A stretch of DNA of 64,000 bases from Candidatus Pacearchaeota archaeon (GTDB lineage Archaea; Nanobdellota; Nanobdellia; Pacearchaeales; GW2011-AR1), in NCBI GenBank assembly GCA_018304025.1, contig JAGVXA010000004.1:9719-73718 (forward strand), read 5' to 3'. The position numbers and the translations under genes are program-made. The notes under the pieces were generated by a model, which saw only the letters and a list, made by a program, of their open reading frames with translations, made no database searches and was not told where the DNA came from. Below are positions 8,196 to 17,514 of the stretch, piece after piece (position 1 is the first letter of the stretch; each line of letters begins with the position of its first letter).

Positions 8196-9875
8196 ATGAA
8201 ACCAACAAGATTCTTCTTCGCATTAATTATCTCCCTCTCAATTTTATTAACTCTCTCCCTAGTCAGCGCAAATCTTCTCTACTGTCTTAGCGACGGAGAA
8301 AAGCTCCCCCCGAATTGCGTCGGAAGCGCCTGCAAATACACTTGTGATTTACATTCAGGACAGGGATTCTGCCAGATTTGCACAACTAACTTAGGAACAC
8401 CGGGAGTAGACCCATTATCTTGCGGCGATAAAACCTGCAGTTTTCTCGACGGTAGTGCTGGCGGCGGAAGCGTAGATCCAAACCCTCCAACTCTAGTAAT
8501 AAACACTCCTTCAAACGGAGAAACATACGATTCAGGCAGAGTAATATTTGACTTGTCAGTAGACTCTGCGTCGAGAATAGAATATCGCTCTTTAACAGAC
8601 ACAAGCTGGCACAAACTCTGCGACGGCTGCACAAAGTACAACAGGCACGTCTCTGTTGAAGAAGGGCAAAACCAAATAATAATCAAGGCAACAAAATTCA
8701 GCAACAATATGGAAACTGAAAAAACAATCACATTCAACGTGGACTCAAAAGTGCCCGAGTGCAAGTCCTCAACTCCCCTAAATAATCAATACTCCAACGG
8801 CAAATTCACAGTTGAATACTCCGAAGCAAATTTAGACAAGGTAGAATTATATTACATGGGCCAAGCAGACACCAGCTACAAAAAAGTTTTGTTAACCTGT
8901 CTCCCCGGAGAAGACCAAACTTGCTCAGCAAATGTTAATTTAGACCAATATAAAAATTCCCAGGTGTTGTATTACTTCAATGTCTGCGACAAAGCATCCT
9001 GCGACTCCTGCAAGAGCCAGATAGTAAAAGTAACTTCAAACACACCGCCAGTTTTAACTGTCGCCCCGATTCCATCTCTCAGCACAGACAAGAAAATTCT
9101 TTTGGACATTCAAGCAGACAAATTAGTTTCAATGTATTACATAGACAATTCAGACATAGAACAAAAACCTAAAACTCTCTGCAAAAACTGCAATTCCTAC
9201 AACAAGTTAAGAAGTTTTAACGACGGAGAATGGGACATCACAATTTACGCAGAAGATGAAAACCAAAAGCAGGCAGTTCCTTTCAACGCAAAATTCTTCG
9301 TCGACACAAAAATTCCGATAATCCAGAAAACATATCCTAAGAACAACGAACTGACAAACGGATTATTCACAGCAGTATTCAAGGAGCAAAATCCAGAATC
9401 TCTAGTCTTGCGTTATGGCGAAGATAAATTCCCAGTCGACATTTCCAAATGCACCGAATTCAAGAAGAAATATACTTGTGACGTAGACATTTCAACAAAT
9501 GTAAAAAAATACGACGGCGAAATGATATCTTACTGGTTTGAATTAACAGACAAAGCAGGCAATGAAGCAAAATGGAAAACAATTCCGACAACAATCGACA
9601 CCACTCCCCCTGTCTTGAACGAATTAATAAAAGAGCAGGACGAAAAGAAAGTTGAATTCGCTTTGGACATAACAGAATTAAACTTCGACGAAGTTCTTTA
9701 TATTATAGACCAAGAATCAGATTCAAAAGCAAAATGGAAACCCCTGTGCACAAAACTCAAAGGAGAATTATGCATTAAAACAATAACATTCAGGGAAGGA
9801 ACGCACAAAGTTGACTTCCAGATTTTTGACAAAGCAGGTAATTCAATAGGAACGCAGGAAACAATAACAGTTTAA
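8196..9875 (+). CDS. Secreted Cys-containing protein with repeated Ig-like domains ending in DKAGN motif (alternative upstream start 8121)
   Basis: The signal peptide is MKPTRFFFALIISLSILLTLSLVSA. It has repeated modules containing KLCDGCTKYNRH / TLCKNCNSYNKLRSF and a terminal FQIFDKAGN. It is paralogous to 37603..39861 and 42864..43781. Confidence 0.6.
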   Translation: MKPTRFFFALIISLSILLTLSLVSANLLYCLSDGEKLPPNCVGSACKYTCDLHSGQGFCQICTTNLGTPGVDPLSCGDKTCSFLDGSAGGGSVDPNPPTLVINTPSNGETYDSGRVIFDLSVDSASRIEYRSLTDTSWHKLCDGCTKYNRHVSVEEGQNQIIIKATKFSNNMETEKTITFNVDSKVPECKSSTPLNNQYSNGKFTVEYSEANLDKVELYYMGQADTSYKKVLLTCLPGEDQTCSANVNLDQYKNSQVLYYFNVCDKASCDSCKSQIVKVTSNTPPVLTVAPIPSLSTDKKILLDIQADKLVSMYYIDNSDIEQKPKTLCKNCNSYNKLRSFNDGEWDITIYAEDENQKQAVPFNAKFFVDTKIPIIQKTYPKNNELTNGLFTAVFKEQNPESLVLRYGEDKFPVDISKCTEFKKKYTCDVDISTNVKKYDGEMISYWFELTDKAGNEAKWKTIPTTIDTTPPVLNELIKEQDEKKVEFALDITELNFDEVLYIIDQESDSKAKWKPLCTKLKGELCIKTITFREGTHKVDFQIFDKAGNSIGTQETITV

Positions 9876-10018
9876 TTTTTGTAATTATTTCATTTTATCT
9901 TCATCAATTATCTTTCAGTCATTAAAACAGAATCCCAAAGTATGATTTTACCAAGATAATTATCCCTCTTCCAATACACAACCAAATAACTTTTAAACTT
10001 CCTTATCTAAAAAAATAA

Positions 10019-10501
10019 ATGGATAAAAAAATTATAATCTCCTTAGCCATAATAGCGTCGGTATTATTGATTTATTTTTCAAATCCTCCTTTAATCAGAA
10101 CCCAGATTGAATCTCCTCAAAAACAGCTTCCAGAAAAAACAAAACCTGTAGCAATAACGCAGGAAAACTTCCCAGTTTATCTCCAGCAAAATTCATTAAT
10201 TAAAGAGCTTCCGAAAAAAGCGATTCTCTCATTAAGACTTTATAATTTTGACACAGGCGAAAGAAGATGGGTCGGAGATTACACAATAGAAAAAGATTCT
10301 GTCTCAGAAGGATTGCCAGAATCTCCGGACGCTGAAATTATAATCCATTCGAAATATGCAGGAGAACTAATAAATAATTTTTGCCAAACAATCCAGAATG
10401 CAAAAACCAACAGAGATTTTGCGTTTGAATTAAAAGCAGAAAAATCCTCTCTGCTGTGGAAATACAAAGGCATGATGAAATATAGAGATTGCTTCAGTTG
10501 A
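10019..10501 (+). CDS. Membrane-anchored hypothetical protein
   Basis: An N-terminal TM anchor (IIISLAIIASVLLIYF) is followed by a soluble domain. Confidence 0.4.
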   Translation: MDKKIIISLAIIASVLLIYFSNPPLIRTQIESPQKQLPEKTKPVAITQENFPVYLQQNSLIKELPKKAILSLRLYNFDTGERRWVGDYTIEKDSVSEGLPESPDAEIIIHSKYAGELINNFCQTIQNAKTNRDFAFELKAEKSSLLWKYKGMMKYRDCFS

Positions 10502-10548
10502 CTTTCAAAACCACTAAGTTTAAAACCTGCAATTTGATTAACTATAAA

Positions 10549-11349
10549 ATGACAGTAAAATCATTGAAAAGAACACAAGGAAAAATACCGAGAGAAAGAT
10601 TTTATAAAAATCCGGCAGCCCACATATCAGAAGAAAAGCGGGCGTATTTGTGTTCTCCAGAAGCCAGAAAAAAATATGTAGACATTTCTTACGAAGAAGC
10701 AGAAAAGCTCGGGCAACTAGAAGAATTTTATCGTTTGTTTGCATTGGGCGAGCTGGCTCATCTCGCCGCGACAGGCGCCAGCGGAGAATCAGGCAAATTT
10801 GATTATTACGCAAAAGAATTCGACAGCATGCACGATAAAATCGCCAGAAAAAACACAGGATTAGTTTACAAAATGATTGGTGGGCAGCCTAAAACAGATC
10901 TTGACGATTTAGAATCAGAAGGATTTTATGCTTTGGCAAGAGCAATAGATAAGTTTAATCCATGGTCAGGATATCACTTTTCAACTTATGCCTGCTTTGC
11001 AATAATTCGCGCCGTCGGCAGAAGCAAAAAAAAGCAGTATAGAAACAAAGAAAGATTTAGGCTTTTAACAGATCCTTCCGCAGCATTGGACATTCCAGTA
11101 GAAAATTACGAGCTGTCTTCAGACAATACAGAACGTTTCCTTAAAAACCTCCCAAAGATTTTGATAAACCCAGATGTCCTAGATTTTCTCGATGCTGAAG
11201 TTATATCATCGCGATTTCCAAAAACAGGCGAAAAAGAAAGTCTCGAGTCAATAGGCAGGAGAATTGGTTTGTCAAAAGAAAGAGTCAGGCAGATTCAGAA
11301 CAAAGCATTAGTAAAATTAAGATTCAAATTAGAAGAGTTAGTAGTTTAA
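10549..11349 (+). CDS. Sigma-70 family RNA polymerase sigma factor-like protein (regions 2 and 4); alternative start 10489
   Basis: GFYALARAIDKFNPWSGYHFSTYACFAIIRAV resembles sigma-70 region 2.2-2.4 (GLmkAveKFdp.rGykFSTYAtwwIRqai). LESIGRRIGLSKERVRQIQNKALVKLR resembles region 4.2 (LEEvGkqfgvTRERIRQIEaKALRKLR). Confidence 0.5.
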   Translation: MTVKSLKRTQGKIPRERFYKNPAAHISEEKRAYLCSPEARKKYVDISYEEAEKLGQLEEFYRLFALGELAHLAATGASGESGKFDYYAKEFDSMHDKIARKNTGLVYKMIGGQPKTDLDDLESEGFYALARAIDKFNPWSGYHFSTYACFAIIRAVGRSKKKQYRNKERFRLLTDPSAALDIPVENYELSSDNTERFLKNLPKILINPDVLDFLDAEVISSRFPKTGEKESLESIGRRIGLSKERVRQIQNKALVKLRFKLEELVV

Positions 11350-11360
11350 TTTTCAGCAAT

Positions 11361-11639
11361 CTAATATCTTCTCATGACAAATAACGCTTTCAAATTTTTA
11401 TTCCTTGTTCCGTCGCTGTGAAAAGCTCTTCTGTCAAGAAGAACGTGAAATGTCTCTTCAGGATATTGCTCGTTCCAATACTCCATATCTTCTTCTCTTA
11501 CGTTTGATATAAATTCATATCCCATTTCAAGAAGTCCCGCATGGAATTTTCTGGATTTTCTCTCCCCTTCTGTCATTTCTTCATCTTGCTCTCGCAAGCC
11601 AATTCTCGTTTCTTCAGGAAAATTCTGTCTTGAGTTCAT
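11361..11639 (-). CDS. Hypothetical protein
   Basis: The ORF is 92 aa and acidic. I see no recognisable motifs. Confidence 0.3.
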   Translation of the reverse strand: MNSRQNFPEETRIGLREQDEEMTEGERKSRKFHAGLLEMGYEFISNVREEDMEYWNEQYPEETFHVLLDRRAFHSDGTRNKNLKALFVMRRY

Positions 11640-11930
11640 AGAATTTATTTTAAAGTGCGCTATTTAAACTTTTTTGAAAACCGATATTGTAAACTTCTCG
11701 GGATAAATTTTGAATTCTCTGCTGTCATTAAATTTCTAAGGTTTATATAAACAGAATAAAATGAGATACCTGCGATTAATCGAGTTCAAGATAATTATCT
11801 GTAATCTGATATCTTTGACAAAAAAGAAATTTTGTTTTATCTCGTTAACTTGACAGTATCTTGAAAACCGCAGAATCATCTAATCTCTAGCAATTCGAAT
11901 TCGGACAATCATTCTGTTGTTTTCACAAAT

Positions 11931-12320
11931 TTATTTTCTCTTCCAATAAACTAATCCCAGAGAAATTGCAATAATTCCTAATATCGTCAGAAAGCTGTTC
12001 AGTAAATTAATTTTTACGCCGATTAAATTCAGATAAAAAACAGCGAGGGGAACAATAGCAATTGAAAGCGCAAATGAAAGTGCAATTCTCTCAATCCAGT
12101 CAATCGCGCCGTTTTCTTTTTCTTTAGAATCAAATTCTTTCGTCCTCGGAAAAAACACAAAAGTCAAGATAAATCCCGGCAGAAATAAAACATAAACAGA
12201 ACCAAAAACAATTCTAAAACTCTCGGAATATTCAAGCGCCCCGAATCCTCCAATTACCAAGCTTGCGACTGCTAAAACCGCAATAGCAATTCCAGTCCGA
12301 TAAAGCCATTTATTTTTCAT
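11931..12320 (-). CDS. Small integral membrane protein (4 TM)
   Basis: It shows a hydrophobic helix pattern. Confidence 0.4.
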   Translation of the reverse strand: MKNKWLYRTGIAIAVLAVASLVIGGFGALEYSESFRIVFGSVYVLFLPGFILTFVFFPRTKEFDSKEKENGAIDWIERIALSFALSIAIVPLAVFYLNLIGVKINLLNSFLTILGIIAISLGLVYWKRK

Positions 12321-12370
12321 TAAAAACCCAAATCAAAAACGTATTTAAGCCTTCCGAAACTGGTAATACT

Positions 12371-13729
12371 ATGAAAAAATATGCAACTCTCTTGCTGGCA
12401 ATTCTGGTAGTTTCATCAGCTTTTCTTAATTTCCTTCCCCATCAAAATTACAAATACCCTTTGCATGTTGACGAATGGGTTCATTTTCAATTTTCAAATC
12501 ATCTTTCAAACAATTCTCCGTTGTATCTCGGCGGAGAAGTTTATAGTTTAGAAGGAGGATTCCATTTTTTGCTCGCCACCTTGAATTCCCTAGGAATCTC
12601 TTATCTGATTATGTTCACTTTTTTCGCTTCGCTGGTGACAATTCTGATTTGCTTGGGGGTTTTCATCCTCGCAAGAAAATTATTTGGCGAAACAGCTGCG
12701 TTGTTTTCTGTATTGTTCGTCGTGCTTCTAAAAAGTACAGTTGCTCTTCTTGGTCCAGTGTTCTTGGTGCCGATGGCAGTAGGACTTTTTTTTATCCCTG
12801 TCGCTGTCTATTTAGTTCATATAAAATCAAGCGCATGGGTGTTGATTCTTTCGTCTACTCTGATAATTCATCCTCCGACAGCTTTGGCTCTTTTACTTTT
12901 AATCAACACGCAATTCATAACCGAAAAAAAATTCAATGCCAAAAACATTTTGCTTCAGGGATTATCCGGTCTAATTGCCCTCCCATTCTATCTTCCTTTC
13001 TTTTTTGAAAGAGGCGCAGATTCTGTCAACGCCCTGTCTTTCACAATTATTTCCGGCGCGCTGTTTATCCCCAGCTTCTTAGGATATTTCATAACAGCGA
13101 TAATCGCCGCAGGCATATATTTTTCAACATCAAAAAAGAAATATTTTATAGCTGCCTCTTCTCTCGTCTTGCTCTTTTTCATTATTTTATTTTACAAATT
13201 CAAGATTGAATTTTTCCTGCCCTACAGGCGAACGCTGATGTATCTGTTTATCATCTTCGCAATTTCTTTCGGCTTGGGCTGCGCAGAAATCATCAGCTTG
13301 TTCAGGTCTAAAAAAATAAAAATAATAATCACAATAATTTTGTCAGTCCTTATTCTTGTATTTTCTCTTCCGCAAAAATTAGAGTCTAACTCTCCGATTT
13401 ATCACATAATTAACGAAGAAGATTTCAGGGCATTGAGTTACATAAAAGAGAACACGCCCGAAGAATCAATCGTTTTGGCAGACCCGTGGAAATCAAACGC
13501 AATCACTCCAATCGCAGAAAGGCAGGTTTACTCGCGAATTGTTCAGGGCCCCAGCAGGGAATCAGAAGCTAAAAACGAACAAGCCAGAATCTTTTTTGCA
13601 AACAATTGTCAGGACACCGCTTTCTTAGAACAAAATAATATCTCTGTAATCTACGGAAAATGCAGCTCGCAAAATCTGCAGGAAGTTTATCCTAATGTTC
13701 ATCGTTTTCAGTCAGCAGCAGCCAGCTAA
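12371..13729 (+). CDS. Polytopic membrane protein, putative GT-C-fold glycosyltransferase (PMT/ArnT/Stt3-like)
   Basis: There are more than 10 predicted TM helices. The first extracytoplasmic loop motif HVDEWVHF resembles the DE/DExxH motif of GT-C enzymes. It lies at the start of a glycosylation gene cluster. Confidence 0.45.
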   Translation: MKKYATLLLAILVVSSAFLNFLPHQNYKYPLHVDEWVHFQFSNHLSNNSPLYLGGEVYSLEGGFHFLLATLNSLGISYLIMFTFFASLVTILICLGVFILARKLFGETAALFSVLFVVLLKSTVALLGPVFLVPMAVGLFFIPVAVYLVHIKSSAWVLILSSTLIIHPPTALALLLLINTQFITEKKFNAKNILLQGLSGLIALPFYLPFFFERGADSVNALSFTIISGALFIPSFLGYFITAIIAAGIYFSTSKKKYFIAASSLVLLFFIILFYKFKIEFFLPYRRTLMYLFIIFAISFGLGCAEIISLFRSKKIKIIITIILSVLILVFSLPQKLESNSPIYHIINEEDFRALSYIKENTPEESIVLADPWKSNAITPIAERQVYSRIVQGPSRESEAKNEQARIFFANNCQDTAFLEQNNISVIYGKCSSQNLQEVYPNVHRFQSAAAS

Positions 13730-14096
13730 GCAAGGCAATAATCAATCCGCCGAGAATTGAAATCACATAGCCAATCCATCCCAGTTCTTTCAGCTTCAGA
13801 AAAATAATCGCAGCTCCTAAAACTCCCAGCCCGATAATCAGTAATTTGTCCCTTAGATTAAATTCTTCTTTTCTTTCTGTTTTCTCAACAGGAAACAAAA
13901 TACTCAGCGCCCCGAAGACAATAACAATCAGCATGAACCAATTCACGTTGATTCTTGTGTCTATAAATGACGGATAAAATTCCTTGACTAGAAGAACAAT
14001 CAAAAACAAAATCAGCAGCGTCTGAAAAACATAAGAAAAAATATACTTGGCATGCTCCCAAACGCGCCTTTCTTCGTAGCTCAAATTGAATCTCAT
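13692..14096 (-). CDS. Small integral membrane protein
   Basis: It has 3-4 TM helices. Confidence 0.4.
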   Translation of the reverse strand: MRFNLSYEERRVWEHAKYIFSYVFQTLLILFLIVLLVKEFYPSFIDTRINVNWFMLIVIVFGALSILFPVEKTERKEEFNLRDKLLIIGLGVLGAAIIFLKLKELGWIGYVISILGGLIIALLSWLLLTENDEH

Positions 14097-14097
14097 T

Positions 14098-15285
14098 TTA
14101 TCCTATCTCTCCAACAACTTTAGATATATAATCATTTACACTTCCGGCGTACTGCTCAGATTCAATGTACCAGTCATTCCCGCCGTGCAGCAATTCCGGC
14201 TCCTCAACAACAATAAAATATACCGGTGCGTATCCGTCGTCGTAAGGAGTGTAAACCCAGAACACGTTCCACAAAAATGAATTTTTAAACTGGGCAGATT
14301 CTGGCGAATAAACAATTATCGCTTTTTCCTCTTCGGGATTATAAAATATTTCGTATTTCGAATCTGAAACATCGCTTGCGCTCCCGCTTCTCGTTGTCAC
14401 CTTCTGATTCACATTAATTTTGTTTAAAACATTTTCTCGCAGTTCATCAGAAATATCTGTCGTCGCGCTCCCGCTTTTGTTAAGGATAATTTCAGGAGTT
14501 TGTTCAATCTCTACAACTTCGTTGTCATTTTTCAGCCAAGTTCCATTCTCCAGCAAAACATCATAGCCTTTCATTGTAAACCCGTAAGCGAAATCCCCCA
14601 GCTTTTCATTTTCATCTGCGTTAAACTTGATTTTGAAATAAGGTTTTTTCTTGTAAAAATTATAATCAAATCCCGCCCCTTCAATTTCTCCGCTCCCCAG
14701 CAAAACATCAACTTTCTTCTCGTCCCAGGACGTTTCTTCGTTGACTGTTATTTTCTCCAAATCAGTAAACCATCCGATTCTTGTAACTTCCTCGGGATTT
14801 GTCGTGAGCGGTTCTAATCTTATTTCTTTATCTAGAGAAATAACAGTATACGCCTCTCCGTTTTCATCAAAAACAAGTTCTTTGTAGCTTTCCTTTCCGA
14901 ATAATCTGTCTTCTTTTCCGTCGTATTCCAGTTTGCTTTCCCATCCAGTCAGGGTGAATAAATTAGTTCCCTTGTAATAAATATCTCCGGGCAATCCAGT
15001 CGTGTCTTTGACAATCACGTCAATGTCCTTGAACTTTGCTTCAACCGGCGGGGTAGTCGCAAATGAAATAATCAAGACAGCAGCCAATACCAAGACAATG
15101 CTTCCCAAGACAATCCATTTTTTGTTGATTGACTTTTCAACTCCCGAGATTTTTTCCCTCGTCTCTTCCTTAATTTGAGAAGAATAAATTTCATGAAACT
15201 CTGCGGGCTTGGCTGCTTTTTTCTGGCTCTCTTTTCTCCACTTCTCAAATTCTTCTTCCCATTCGTCTTTTTTTCCTTTGTTCAT
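14098..15285 (-). CDS. Type-II membrane protein with large extracellular domain
   Basis: A charged cytoplasmic N-terminus is followed by a TM (WIVLGSIVLVLAAVLIISF) and a ~320-aa ectodomain. Confidence 0.5.
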   Translation of the reverse strand: MNKGKKDEWEEEFEKWRKESQKKAAKPAEFHEIYSSQIKEETREKISGVEKSINKKWIVLGSIVLVLAAVLIISFATTPPVEAKFKDIDVIVKDTTGLPGDIYYKGTNLFTLTGWESKLEYDGKEDRLFGKESYKELVFDENGEAYTVISLDKEIRLEPLTTNPEEVTRIGWFTDLEKITVNEETSWDEKKVDVLLGSGEIEGAGFDYNFYKKKPYFKIKFNADENEKLGDFAYGFTMKGYDVLLENGTWLKNDNEVVEIEQTPEIILNKSGSATTDISDELRENVLNKINVNQKVTTRSGSASDVSDSKYEIFYNPEEEKAIIVYSPESAQFKNSFLWNVFWVYTPYDDGYAPVYFIVVEEPELLHGGNDWYIESEQYAGSVNDYISKVVGEIG

Positions 15286-15365
15286 ATAATTACGTTTCAG
15301 TAGTGCATATTTAAACTTTGCTCACGATTAGCAACATTTAAAATCTTTAACGCTCTATACTCTAT

Positions 15366-15575
15366 ATGTCAAAAACAACACAGGAAATAAACTACGATTA
15401 TTTTATGGAAGCAGATATTAGCGGATTTATCGGAGAGTGGATTGCAGTTTGTGAAAATAAAATTATCGCCCATGGGAGAAACTTGAAAGAAGTTGTAGAA
15501 CATGCAAAAAAAGTTTCTCAAGGAAAGAAATTCCTTCTTGCTCGCGTGCCAAGCAAAGAGGCGATGATATTCTAG
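15366..15575 (+). CDS. Small protein, DUF5678-like (putative antitoxin-like)
   Basis: The segment GEWIAVCENKIIAHGRNLKEVVEHAKK...KFLLARVP resembles short archaeal/bacterial antitoxin-like proteins. The call is weak. Confidence 0.3.
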   Translation: MSKTTQEINYDYFMEADISGFIGEWIAVCENKIIAHGRNLKEVVEHAKKVSQGKKFLLARVPSKEAMIF

Positions 15576-15744
15576 AATGAGTTTAACATTTAAATACAAA
15601 AGAGTGAAAAGACCAAACAACACAGAGATTAAGTCTCCTTTTATTCTTTGATAAGTTCGTTATAACTTTCGATCAAAAAGAAGAAAAAGTAGTTTTGAAG
15701 TATAATCCAAATAATTAGTTTTTGCTTTTTATCAGCACTCAAAT

Positions 15745-15905
15745 TTTCAGAAGCAGTGCGATACTGTAAACTCATCAGGATAAATCCTCCAAGTTGTCAT
15801 ATCTTAAACCTCCAAGGCATATCAACAACGACGATAAATCAAATGCAGATAATTATTTTGAATTCTTGATGAAACAGAAACTTTGTCATGTCTTGCTGTC
15901 TTGAC
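15745..15905. repeat. ~160-bp dispersed repeat, copy A (copy B at 28135..28300; partial third at 28626..28690)
   Basis: About 85% identity over ~160 bp, including gatactgtaaact(c/t)atcaggataaa...caagttgt(c/t)atatctta...gataaatcaaat(g/c)cagataattatttt...gaaacagaaa...tttgtcatgtct. Confidence 0.65.
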
Positions 15906-15955
15906 AAGTATCCAGAAGCACTCAAATTTATATATTCGAAAAATCAAATTGTTTT

Positions 15956-17011
15956 ATGAGCCTGATAAAAAACAGCACGATCGTGGTGGCAGGAATAATT
16001 ATCTCAAATATTTTTGCGTACGTCTTCCACATTTACGTCGGCAGAGTTCTCGGCCCGGCAGATTACGGGGTTTTCGGTGCGCTGATGTCCCTCTTTTTGC
16101 TAGTCTCTCTTCCGGCAGGTTCAATCGGCTCTGCAGTCACGAAATTTACAGCGAGATTTAAGTCAAAAAAAGAATACCAAAAAATAGGAGCGTTGAGAAA
16201 AAGAATGAGTAAAAAAGTTTTTCTGATTTCGGCATTTATTTTCTTGTTTATTGTTCTGTTGTCCGGAGAGATTGCAGATTATTTGAAAATTGATTCAAAT
16301 GTTCCTGTGATGCTTGTGGGTTTCACGCTAATTTTCGCTTTTATTCTGCCGATAAATCGGGGAGTTTTGCAGGGAATGAAGAAATTTAAAATTTATAGCA
16401 TCAATACTATTTTGGAATCTGTTTCAAGATTGATTCTTGTTGTTTTTCTCGTCATGCTGGGATTGGGAGCAGACGGCGCAATTTTAGCTTACGGCCTGGC
16501 TTATCTTGTTGCGTTTGCCGCGATATTTCCTTTCATCAAGGACGTGAACGGAAAAGAGAAAAGTTTTGAATTAAAACCCGTTTGGAAGTTTGTGATTATA
16601 GTCTTGTTTACAAATCTGATTTTGCAGCTCGTCATAAATCTGCCCACAATTTTTATCAAGCATTATCTCTCTGCAGAATTCACAGGACTTTGGACAGCAG
16701 CGCTTACACTTGCGAGAGTTTCTTTGTTTGTCACGGGGGGAATAGCGTTGGTAATGTTTCCGGAAGTCGCGGAGAAAGAGAATAAGAAAGAGAGAAGAAA
16801 AGTCTTGCTGCATTGTTTGCTGTTGACAGTCGCGGCGTCAGTCGGAATTGCGTCAATATTTCTTTTGTTCGGAAATCTGGCTGTTTCGTTGTTGTACGGA
16901 GTTGAATATCTCGGCGCTGTTCCACTTTTGCAGTGGATGGCTTTTGCAATGATTTTTCTTGCGGTGATTCAGCTGTTTGTAAATTATTGGCTTGCGAAGA
17001 TGGGGAGTTGA
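15956..17011 (+). CDS. Polysaccharide/oligosaccharide flippase (Wzx/AglR-like, MOP superfamily)
   Basis: The N-terminus IKNSTIVVAGIIISNIFAYVFHIYVGRVLGPADYGVFGALMSLF is typical of Wzx-type flippases. It has ~10 TM. Confidence 0.6.
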   Translation: MSLIKNSTIVVAGIIISNIFAYVFHIYVGRVLGPADYGVFGALMSLFLLVSLPAGSIGSAVTKFTARFKSKKEYQKIGALRKRMSKKVFLISAFIFLFIVLLSGEIADYLKIDSNVPVMLVGFTLIFAFILPINRGVLQGMKKFKIYSINTILESVSRLILVVFLVMLGLGADGAILAYGLAYLVAFAAIFPFIKDVNGKEKSFELKPVWKFVIIVLFTNLILQLVINLPTIFIKHYLSAEFTGLWTAALTLARVSLFVTGGIALVMFPEVAEKENKKERRKVLLHCLLLTVAASVGIASIFLLFGNLAVSLLYGVEYLGAVPLLQWMAFAMIFLAVIQLFVNYWLAKMGS

Positions 17012-17066
17012 TTCTTCTCAGGGCTTTTTTCCGAGGGAAGTTTAGATAAGTAAGATTATAAATTTA

Positions 17067-17324
17067 TTAATCATAAACTCTTCCTCTCTTGTCTATATCT
17101 GAAATAAGAAGCGCGTTTTTTTCATCAAAAACAACATAAAGAATCCTGTAACTTCCAACTCTTACTCTGAAGACTTTCTCTTTTCTTCCACCAACTCTTT
17201 TCCTGTCTTTAGGATAAGGATTCACTGCTAACGAATTTATTTTATCATTTATCCTGTTGTATAAATCGTCATCACAATCTCTAAGAAATTTCTTGGAGTT
17301 ATTTGAAAACTCTAGTTTTAGCAT
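17067..17324 (-). CDS. relE: RelE/ParE-family toxin
   Basis: The C-terminal RVGSYRILYVVFDEKNALLISDIDKRGRVY matches the RelE core (vgdYRiiY...lihRkdvY). It overlaps the upstream antitoxin ORF by 26 nt. Confidence 0.65.
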   Translation of the reverse strand: MLKLEFSNNSKKFLRDCDDDLYNRINDKINSLAVNPYPKDRKRVGGRKEKVFRVRVGSYRILYVVFDEKNALLISDIDKRGRVYD

Positions 17325-17514
17325 TTTTTCTCTCTTTTTCTAGTTCTTCTAAAGAAATAGTTTTCCCTTCTTCAAATTCTATTAAACTTTCATCTAATCT
17401 TTCTTCTTCCTCAGGAGTCAAAACACAATCCGCGTCTATCATGTGGCTTTTAATAAAATCCAATTCTGCCTTTATCATGTCTAATTTGCTTATTATTATT
17501 CTTTCGTTTTCCAT
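17299..17514 (-). CDS. Putative antitoxin partner of RelE (71 aa, acidic)
   Basis: It lies immediately upstream and overlaps the relE-like gene. It is small and acidic, with a helical C-terminus. Confidence 0.45.
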   Translation of the reverse strand: MENERIIISKLDMIKAELDFIKSHMIDADCVLTPEEEERLDESLIEFEEGKTISLEELEKERKNAKTRVFK

